NCBI GenBank assembly: GCA_951406725.2
Contig: OX597814.1
Location: forward strand, 163,060,001-163,124,000
Source of the DNA: Octopus vulgaris
Lineage: Eukaryota
Length of the DNA: 64,000 nucleotides
Direction of reading: 5' to 3'
Under the pieces are notes generated by a model, which worked only from the letters and a program-made list of their open reading frames with translations, searched no databases and had not been told where the DNA came from. The translations under genes were made by a program, and so were the position numbers. Of the stretch, positions 11,663-22,000 are shown piece by piece; position 1 is the stretch's first letter; every line of letters begins with the position of its first letter.

Positions 11663-12476
11663 CATAAGGGACTAAAGCCATCTGAATATGGCTAGGGACA
11701 GGGCAGGGTGGTGGTGGGTGTTACTGTTGCATTTAGCCCCAGACGAACATCGACGTCACCAGAAAGGCTCGACACCGTCACGGTGTCCTTATCCTGCAAA
11801 GGGAGGTAATTCCCCGATGAAGCGGAAACCACACACGGACCATGGTTTCAAGGTGTATTGCCTATCGTCGGCGTGTGGTAGGCTTCCGCTTCCTCGACGA
11901 ATTCTCACTCTGCAGGATATTCATATATAGATTTTTGCAGGATAAGGACACCGTGACGGTGTCGAGCCTTTCTGGTGACGTCGATGTTCGCCTGGGGCTA
12001 AATGCAACAGTAACACCCCCACCACCCTGCCCTGTCCCTAGCCATATTCAGATGGCTTTAGTCCCTTATGTTATCGAGCAGTTACTGTCTATATCTCTTT
12101 TAGAGAATTATTATAGCTTTCGAACAGATTTTCGAAATCAGCAAATGTATTTTGCTTGAAAATCTATATATGAATATCCTGCAGAGTGAGAATTCGTCGA
12201 GGAAGCGGAAGCCTACCACACGCCGACGATAGGCAATACACCTTGAAACCATGGTCCGTGTGTGGTTTCCGCTTCATCGGGGAATTACCTCCCTTTGCAG
12301 GATAAGGACACCGTGACGGTGTCGAGCCTTTCTGGTGACGTCGATGTTCGCCTGGGGCTAAATGCAACAGTAACACCCCCACCACCCTGCCCTGTCCCTA
12401 GCCATATTCAGATGGCTTTAGTCCCTTATGTTATCGAGCAGTTACTGTCTATATCTCTTTTAGAGAATTATTATTG
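11661..12476. mobile_element. Young structured element in inverted plus partial-tandem arrangement inside (TA)n
   Basis: 11661-11935 is the reverse complement of 12159-12432 (2 differences); 11934-12114 is identical to 12294-12474. Confidence 0.8.
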
Positions 12477-12477
12477 C

Positions 12478-12995
<518 letters not shown>

Positions 12996-13058
12996 TAAAT
13001 AAGACAACAACGCCAAGGCAGTGTGTAGTTTCTAGTAAGTTTATAAAGGGAAGGGTAG

Positions 13059-13104
13059 TCTTACAGCTGTTGCGGGGATATAAAAGATATCCCATCATCA
13101 GAGA
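13059..13104 (-). ncRNA. Minimal type-I hammerhead ribozyme motif (Penelope type), core mutated
   Basis: TCT-CTGATGA-T-GGGATAT-CTTTT-ATATCCC-C-GCAA-CAGCTG-TA-AGA: stems I and II and palindromic stem III present; GAAA reads GCAA. Confidence 0.7.
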
Positions 13105-13261
13105 TGATATGAGAGAGTTAAATAGAAAGAAATAATAGTTTATATATATACCATAGAGGTATCTCCCTTTTTGTGTGTTGTCGGGAAAACCCTTGGAAGG
13201 ATTATCTTAAACAGACTAAATAGTACCTGAAATAAACTCCACTGCCCTCACAAACGAGAAT

Positions 13262-13515
13262 ACTAAAAATGAACTCGAGCGGTGTCAAAAATTAAGTTAA
13301 AAAAGCAGAAAAAATAATCCGGCATCCTTGTCCGGTACCGGATCGATCCCAAAATCTAATCAGTTTGTAGCAGTAACGAGGTTAAACATCCCTGAAAGTT
13401 TCATTCCAATCCATCGAGTGGTTCTTGAGATATCTTGTCCACGGACAAGCAAACAGATAAACAAGCAAACACGACTGAAAACAATACCTCCACCTTAGCG
13501 AAGGTGGAAGTAATA
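13262..13515. mobile_element. Helentron/HINE-like non-autonomous element
   Basis: Terminal hairpin TACCTCCACCTT-AGCG-AAGGTGGAAGTA, ACAAAC-like microsatellite, AAGTTTCATTCCAATCC motif; a related decayed copy at ~31290-31430. Confidence 0.5.
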
Positions 13516-13727
13516 AATAAAATGAAATAAATATATTAATTCAAGTTCAATAGTAATTAATTTAAATAGGTGATATATAAATTGTAAGTTGCTGGAAAAA
13601 TGTTAAGTAGTCGTGCTACGAAACATCTTTTGCTTTAGTCGCAATTGTAGTCAGAGTTTTTGGTAGACTGAGCACTTATTATATTACTTCGTCATTAGGC
13701 GAAATTTTACCTGAACTGTATATATAA

Positions 13728-13915
13728 ATATGTATGTATGTATGTACGTACGTACGTACGTACGTACGTATGTATGTATGTATGTATGTATGTATGTATG
13801 TATGTATGTATGTATGTATGTATGTATGTATGTATGTATGTATGTATGTATGTATGTATGTATGTATGTATGCATGCATTATGTATGTGTGTGTATATAT
13901 ATATATATATATACA
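13728..13915. repeat. (TATG)n/(TACG)n/(TA)n microsatellite
   Basis: Directly visible. Confidence 0.95.
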
Positions 13916-14815
13916 TGAGGATAATAATATGCAGTTTAATACTGAAAAATTCCAGGCCCTGCGCTACCAGCATACAAAACTGAATATTAAACCTACAGGG
14001 TACACCAGTCCACAGGGAATTTCAATCCCAGAGCTTAATTCAGTGAGGGACCTGGGTATCGACATGAGTGATGATACCTCTTTCCAAGTGCACATTACCA
14101 GGATGGCGGCAAAGTGCAGACGAATGGCTGGATGGATCCTGAGAACGTTCAGAACCAGAGAAAAAGAAATCATGATAGTCCTCTGGAGGACATTCGTCCT
14201 CAGCTATCTGGATTACTGCTCACAGCTATGGTCACCCACCATTGTGAGATTAACAGCGGACCTTGAAGCAAACCAGAGAAGATTCACAAAGAAGATCGTC
14301 TCTTTGCAACAGCTCAGCTACTGGGAAAGGTTGAAACAGCTAAGACTCTACTCCCTGGAGAGAAGACGGGAGAGGTATGCAGTAATATATATCTGGAAGA
14401 TCTTGGAAGGAATTGTGCCAAATTTTGACATTGAAAGTTACACCAATGCCAGAACGGGACGACACTGCATAGTGCCAAAGATCCCAGCAATGCCATCACG
14501 CTTCAGGACCAGTTACTGCAACAGCCTGTGTTTCAAGGGCCCACAGCTGTATAATATTCTCCCAAAAAGTCTGAGGAACTTGCACAAAGTAGATGTAGGG
14601 GTTTTTAAATCAAAGCTGGACTTCTTCCTGTCGAGAGTCCCAGATGAGCCTACCTTACGGCAAGAGGTGCAAATGAGGGTAGCTATATCAAACTCCATTC
14701 TTTATCAAGTGCCACATATTAGAGGAAGCTCCTAGTAATAACAGTGTAGCGCGAAACGGCGGTGCATCAGCATGGCCGCAGCTCTGAGCTGAAGCTAAAA
14801 AAAAAGAAAGAAAAA
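13916..14815 (+). mobile_element. CR1-clade LINE, 5'-truncated, ORF2 C-terminus still open, with 3' tail
   Basis: NNMQFNTEKFQALRY, VRDLGI, WILRTF, LDYCSQLWSP, YWERLKQLRLYSLERRRER; stop at 14735, then 3'UTR hairpin and A-rich tail. Confidence 0.92.
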
Positions 14816-15075
14816 TATATATATAGGCATATATGGGTACAGGACGTCACCAACTGTGTAAGCGACATGATGTACGAAAGCAAACGAGTTAAATACGCAA
14901 GCAACGAGAGAAAGAAATGGAAAACATAACAAGTAACACAAAGAACGACCTTTCATCAGTTGTCGGCTGTCTATCTACTCCTGATTTCGAGCATTCAACA
15001 TGTACATACATACATACATACATACATACATACATACATACATACATACACATATACATACTGTTCTATATTTTT

Positions 15076-15392
15076 GAGGTGAGGAATTCTGTACATTATT
15101 TACATTAGACGGATATGTGTCATCTAAAATTCGCTCTATAATTGTCCACAGGTATATTGCGTAATGGTTTAAGAGCAAGAGCTACTCACCCCAAGATTGC
15201 GAGTTCAATTCCAGACAGTTCCTTGAATAAATAATAATAATAATAATAATAATAAAATCCTTTAGGAATGGGAACCCAGGGTTGGGTTCAAAATCTTATC
15301 AAGACACCTGATGAAGGCTGGAGAATAAATCAGCCGAAATGCTGTGATAACAACAAACAAGATGAGGACACATATCCGTCTAATGTAAATAA
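15076..15392 (+). mobile_element. Composite SINE-like element: tRNA-like head, (AAT)n, hammerhead motif, tail, plus an inverted tail copy upstream
   Basis: A-box-like TTGCGTAATGG ~15157-15167, B-box GAGTTCAATTCC ~15201-15212, ACAC-CTGATGA-A-GGCTG..CAGCC-GAAA 15304-15339, 26-bp inverted repeat 15096-15121/15367-15392. Confidence 0.7.
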
Positions 15393-15434
<42 letters not shown>

Positions 15435-17481
15435 TATATTGTCCGAAATGTATAGCATTGAATATTCATCATGGCTGATCTTACCAAGCGGTTTTGCGTA
15501 AAGAATACAATGGAGTGTTAGGTAACAATCCGATTATATAACTTTACGCTCATCAGAGTTAGCCGATATGGAAGGGAATATGGCGACTGCGCGCGTGAGC
15601 GTTTATATATATACATATATATACGCTCGTGCGCACACACATACACACGCACACACTCACACACACATACAATATATATATATATCCTTTCTCATTCATC
15701 TTTTATTTGTTTCAGTCATTGGACTGCGGCTATGCTTGGGCATCGCCTTGGATTTTAGTCGAACGAATCAACCCCAGTGCTTATTTCTTTAAGCCTGGTA
15801 CTTATTCTATCGGTTTCTTTTGCCAAACCGTTAAGTTATGGGGACATAAACACACCAACACCGGCTCTTAAATGGTAGTGAAGGACAGATATAAAGAGGC
15901 ACACGCGCGTACGTACGTACGTACGTACACACACACACACACGGTCTCTCACGCACCTACACACACATAATATATTTATAAGCGTACAAGTATATGTGTG
16001 CGAGTGTATCTATCTATCTATCTCGGTTCATAACTGATGAAGAATTAGGACCCTTGTGTCGGTCCTTCGTGTACGTTTGTAATATTTAATACATTTTTCA
16101 TTTATGGTATAACTGAACGCCACGCATCCCAACCTTTGTTAACGGTAAGCATATATATATATACAACAGGTTTCTTTCATTCTCTCTCTACCAAATCCAC
16201 TCACAAGGTTTTGATCGGTCCGAAGCTATAGGTAGAAAATATTTATCCAAGGTGTTGTATAATGGGACTGAACCTGAAACTATGTGGTTGAGAAGCAAGC
16301 TTCTTACCAAACAACCTACACTCTTTGTTAGTCATTCCTTGGATATCCAAAACAAGGTCCTCGGGAAGACATTTTGTCGATTAATTGCTTGCAAAAATGT
16401 AAGCTAAACGAAGTTTTCCCATTCACTATATGATATAAATGAAACCCTACTGTATTTGTATTTAGCATGCTGAGAGTTCTGTAATATTTTCCTCTGGCTC
16501 TGTAGTTTATATTCATCTAAAGTTTAGAAGGAATGCAATAATAGTTGTGCATTCCCTCAATTCCACATTCTTCTGCACTGTATATATCATCTAAACAGCT
16601 TTATCAACTCAGTATCTTGAAGTTGTCTCCCTTGTTTTTTCGCGTTTGTTTTGACTTTTTTAAACTTTTAAACGATACTGTTTTTATTTTTTTTATTTTC
16701 AAATAATTACTTGTTGCTCATTCTTTCAATTCACATTGCGTTAGACCCTATCATAATAACATTCTGTAGCCCTTAGAAAGCTCTTCCTCTAACCTATTTT
16801 TTATATATCATATTACAGGACTAAATTACACTCCTGTGCAAAAGTTGTACAATAGATTTTAAATTCTTCTGTGAATTAATTGAAATATTTGCATAAAATT
16901 ACTTTTCTAATTAAATGAAGTCAGTGAGATTATGAATTATTTTATTTCGGTTAACAAACAAGCACACGACAGCTGTTTGGGGTTGGCAATCATGTTATGG
17001 AAGTACTGGATAGAACGCCTTCGCAGTACTTGTTCCACGTCTCAGAGTTCTATGTTCAAGACCTAATGTGGTCGATGTTGCTTTCAACTCTCCAAGTCGA
17101 TAAAATACAGTGCCAGTGAAATACTGAGGTCGAAGTAATCTACTAAACCACCCTTCAAAATCGCCGGCCGTGTGCTTAAATAAATTATTAAAAAAATAAG
17201 TTTCAAGGGAAATAACTCCCACTTCACACTGTTAAAATAGATATTTTGATTTCGCTATTTAGATAAAGTTAGTTAAGACAAAATGAACACTCACTAAATC
17301 ACTTTATATTTCTACGAAATCTCTTTATTATATAATTTATAGAAAGTTTGGACTTTATCACTGAAAGTATATAAATTAAACGTTCAGAGAAAGGTGCTAG
17401 AGGCGTAAGGTTTTTAAAATGTAAAAGCATTTACGGATGCAGGTTGTAGTATAGAAGGGGAGCTAACTCCAGATGACATAT

Positions 17482-17880
17482 ACTCTTTACTCTTACTCTC
17501 TTACTTGTTTCAGTCATTTGACTGCGACCATGCTGGAGCACCGCCTTTAATCGAGCAACTCGACCCCGGGACTTATTCTTTTGTAAGCCCAGTACTTATT
17601 CTATCGGTCTCTTTTTGCCGAACCGCTAAGTAATGAGGACATAAACACACCAGCATCGGTTGTCATGCAATGCTAGGGGGACAAACACAGACACGCATAT
17701 ATATATATACATATATACGACGGGCTTCTTTCAGTTTCCGTCTACCAAATCCACTCAAGGCTTTGGTCGGCCCGAGGCTATAGTAGAAGACACTTGCCCA
17801 AGGTGCCACGCAGTGGGACTGAACCTGGAACCATGTGGTTGGTAAACAAGCTACTTACCACACAGCCACTCTTGCGCCTA
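17482..17880 (-). mobile_element. Full-length tRNA-derived SINE with CR1-type tail
   Basis: Head TGGCTGTGTGG..GGTTCAGTCCC, core CCTTGGGCAAGT, tail GGCGGTGCTCCAGCATGG..CAGTCAAATGACTGAAAC. Confidence 0.9.
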
Positions 17881-17889
17881 TCTAAACAT

Positions 17890-18155
17890 TCTAAATACAA
17901 ATATGTTTCTTTATCCCGCTGGCGAATTTTTTTCCCACGAGAGTTCCGGATCCCAGTAAAGTACTCATTTGCATACAGCCGATCAGCGCTCACCTTCACC
18001 TTGCCAAGTTAAGAAATGTTGGTATTCAAAATGGCAACCTCCGATAATCATGCGAATTTCATATTGCGCTCTCATTCAGATGCCAATATCATCGATACTG
18101 AACACATACGCTTGTGAGCTGTAGGTTTGAATTACTATAGCAATCAAAGGTAATG
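17890..18155 (+). promoter_or_regulatory. Candidate promoter/first exon
   Basis: Non-repeat CpG-rich segment with TTCCGG (17944), octamer ATTTGCAT (17967), YY1-like CAAAATGGC (18027) and donor AAG|GTAATG (18150); sits at the CpG boundary. Confidence 0.4.
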
Positions 18156-18642
18156 TTTTGGACGAATGTGAAAGTAAGGAAATTGCTTGAAGGTTTTATA
18201 AATATACTATTGTCAATATTCTGAAAATAGCACTCCGCCGAGGTTGACTACATAGTATAGTATAGTATAGCGTGTGTGTGCGAGAGAGAGAGAGAGGGAG
18301 GGAGTGAAAGCACATGGTTCACAATCATGAGGTAGTGATTCGCTTCCCGGACCGAGCTGTGTTCTGTTCTTGAGCAAGACACTTGTCCACTCTGCTGAGT
18401 GGTTAGTATTAGGAAGGGCATCCAGTCGTCAGCTCACCACAGCAGTAATAATGATTTCGAATTTTGGAACAAGGCCAGCAATTTCGGAGTAGGGAGTGAG
18501 TCAATTACATTAACTCCTGTGCTAAACTGGTACCTGTTTTATTAATCCTGAAAGGTAAAGTCGACCTCAGTGGAATTTAAACACAGAACATAAGGACAAG
18601 CGAAATGCTGCTAAGCAGTTTGCCTGACATGCTAATATTTCT

Positions 18643-19047
18643 TATTTCTTTATTGCCCACAAGGGGCTAAACATAGAGGAGACAAAGACAGTCAAAAGGG
18701 ATTAATTCAATAAGATCGACCCCAGTGCATAACTAGTACTTAATTTGTCGACCCCCGAAAGGATGAAAGGCAAAGTCGACCTCGGCGGAATTTGAACTCA
18801 GAACGTAGTGGTAGACGACATACCTATTTCTTTACTGCTCACAAGGGGCCAAACAAGGACAGACAAACGGATGAAGTCGATTACATCAACCCCAGTGCAT
18901 AACTGGTACTTAATTTATCGACCCCGAAAGGATGAAAGGCAAAGTCAACTTCGGCAGAATTTGAACTCAGAAGATAGCAGTAGACGATATACCTCTAAGC
19001 ATTTCGTCCAGCGTGCTAACGTTTCTGCCAGGTCACTGCCTTAACCG
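18643..19047 (-). mobile_element. Dimeric Nin-core SINE nested in an older SINE
   Basis: 15-bp TSD CATGCTAATATTTCT at 18628-18642 and 19048-19062. Confidence 0.88.
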
Positions 19048-22000
19048 CATGCTAATATTTCTACCAGCTTGTCACCTTCATAATAATAATTTTAAATATT
19101 TTGGGATACAGCCAGCAATGTCAAGGGACAGTGTAAGTGAATTACATTGACCCCAGTGCTCAGCTGGTACTTATTTTATCAACCCCAAAGGGACAAAAGG
19201 CAAAGTTGACCTCAGTGGAATTTGAACTTAGAACAAGCATTTTGTGCAGCATGCTAATGTTTCTGCCAGCTTATCACTTTCACAATAGTAATAATAATAA
19301 AAACTATCCACAAATTAAGATAATACATTTATTTAAGCAAAATATACAATCAAATTTTCCTTCCTTTCCTTTGTGTTTCTGGTTATTTCAGAAAGAAAAT
19401 ATTCATTTAAAGCTCAGAAAATGAACAGCGAATGACAACATAGCAGCAGTATTTCTTGTGACTTACAACAATTAAATTCATAGTCAAACAGTCATGGTAT
19501 GTAGAAAATTGTCTTTTGTTAAATATTTTTAAAAACATTTAAAATAGTTAAAGCAAAAAAGAAAAAATGGTTAATCAATTTTGCAAGGTATTTTTGTATT
19601 TTCTCTTATTTGGTGGTAAAAAAAAAAATTAAAAAAAACAAACATCAATGGCTGTAATTTTATAAAAATGTCATTTGGATGGCAATATGTGAAAAAGAAA
19701 CGAAAATAAAAGGCCAAGAATACAAAATAAAGCTGCTTTATTACATTGTCTTTCTGGTTCAATATATCAAAATAGTCTTCAGAAAATGAGAAAACTACAG
19801 ATTAAATGTTACATTTTTATGTAAAATTATCATTAAATTTGAATTTTCAGTTATAAATCAATCACATATTTGCAAATATAATTGCTCAGTGATTACATTT
19901 ACTAAGTTAATATACTGTTCTCCAGTTAATCAATTCCATTGCAGGAATGGAATGTGTGTGTGTGTTTGTTTATTTAGAATGTATTGTGAGTAATAGGTGA
20001 ATATGATGCTTATCACAACCTTCTTGCCATGTCTGTTAGCAAGCCAAAGTAAATTGTAAACTAACCCTTAGGTGTTTTGGGTTAGGTTTTACAGAGAAAG
20101 GGAGCACAGTTTTAAATTACAATACCTGCTCATACAAAAAGAAAAACAAGCATGGAAAAAAAAATGGATCAGAATTTTCTTTACACAAATCAAAATATTG
20201 ACAAGAAATCTTTTATCGTGAATAATAAATTCCAAGACCAAACCAACAAAAATATAACAAACAGAACTTAAAACAAAAATCATAAATTAATGATGGTCAT
20301 GTTACACTTAAAAAAGAATTGGAAAAAGTTTTAATTGCTTCTGTGTATTAAGTCCACCATGGACATATTAGAATGATTACTGCAACCTTAAAATAGAAGA
20401 AATATAACAAATTGATTGATGACCAAGAGCTATGTGATTTGATTTATATCAAATACAACTCAGATTGATGATTGAGAGCTATGCAGATTGATTTATACCA
20501 AAGTTAATATCTGAATACAAATTTTATTTTGTCTGAACTATCATACAAAAATGAGACAGTTTAAATTTACAAAATCTTCCCAAACAAGTCTGTGAGGCAG
20601 CAAACAAGAAAAGAAACTGAGAATAAAGAAATTACAAACAAAGCAGTCTTTTGGAGTTGTGGGCAAAGGTTGCTCATTGTTACTCAAAGACAAATGAACA
20701 AGATATTTAAACTTGTTACAATAATACTGAAGGGGATTAATGGAGCATGCATTAATGGGCAGCTCATAGAAATTTAAAAAACAAAAAAAAAACTGAAATA
20801 ACTTATAAATCTTCATATTTCCGGAGAATGATGAGTTTCTTTCATGCCAGTTTTTATTTTAAAAACCTCTTTATATACATAGAGATATGACTAGGAACAG
20901 TGAGAACTTGTGAATAAGTTCTTAGCATGCTTTAGTGAAGTTCTGTACTTTCAAGCTGATATAAGCTAAGTCTATATTTCACAACACTTCAAAAGTAGTT
21001 ATTTATAATAGAAACTTATTAAGCGAACCATTGCAGTTCTAATTAAACTTGTTAGATACAAGATGGAAGCATATATGAAGTTTCTACTGAGTGATACTTA
21101 AAAAAAAATAAAAATAAAAAAAATCCTATTTTGCATTGCACTCTATTACTGAAGTATCATAAACTTAGGACATCAGTCTTTATTATTCCTCTTAATGAGT
21201 CAGCAAACTACTGGATTTACAAATACTGTTTTACATCTATCATCTTTTCTGTTTTAATACTAAATACATAATGTTTAAAAGGTTATAATTGACATTGTTA
21301 ATACTAAAATACTAATTAAATCATACTTATTTAAAACAATATTTTTATAATAATTACAGAGTTAAATGAAAATTTTGCTAATTAATCAGAACATGTTTCA
21401 CTGAATTTAAACACTTTGGCACCAATGGCAATTTGGAATCATTTTTCAACAAATGCATCACTTCATTGTCAGTATATTAGCAGTCTTCAGAAGATTGGCG
21501 AAAATGTTGTTGGGTACCTGTTTCAGTTTTCAACAAAGTTGAAATCCTAGAGGTCAACTTGGCTGTTCATGCTTTCAGGATTGATAAATCCCTGACCAAT
21601 TGGTGGATTGGCAGAAATGCAAGAGTTTCAGACAGGAAGCAATGTCTTACGGTATCTGTATTAGCACTTTGTTTAACTTTTAAATTGTGCCAAGGAATTC
21701 AAAATTCTACTAATGGCCAAACCACCAGACATTTATGAAAGATATGTTGGTTGGCAGAAGAGTGTGGTCATCTGCTAATGTAGTTTAATGATGAGTATAT
21801 GCCATAAGAATATAAGGAAGAGGAATGTTTCAAAGGTTGAATGTTTTTTTGTTTTTTCATGTATTACATCTAAAAGTTCAACTGAGAAACTAAATTTTCC
21901 TTTTACATATTTTTTATGTCCTGAACAAACTAATTCACTAAACTTAAATAAGTTTGTTATAAATATCTTAATATTCAGCAATTTATTTCACTTGTGTTTA

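Noticed and set aside
12355-12430. Twister-ribozyme-like words (TAACAC..CTGCC..GTCCCTAGCC)
   Set aside because: The downstream GAGGG strand and P1/P2 stems needed for the pseudoknots are absent.
13734-13915. N-terminal 60 aa of the 333-aa ORF
   Set aside because: Microsatellite read-through; only 13916-14735 is LINE ORF2.
14945-14995. Minus-strand GCTC-GAAA...CTGATGA motif pair
   Set aside because: Could not assemble stems I-III; probably a Penelope-type fragment, but not supportable as a hammerhead.
16030-16075. CTGATGA followed by an AGGACC/GGTCCT hairpin
   Set aside because: No GAAA after the stem, so not a hammerhead core.
16328-16516. 62-aa minus-strand ORF preceded by a TTTAG acceptor
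   Set aside because: No recognisable homology or linked exons.
20410-20515. TTGATGA..CTGA C/D-like boxes
   Set aside because: Explained by a local ~50-bp tandem duplication; no terminal stem.
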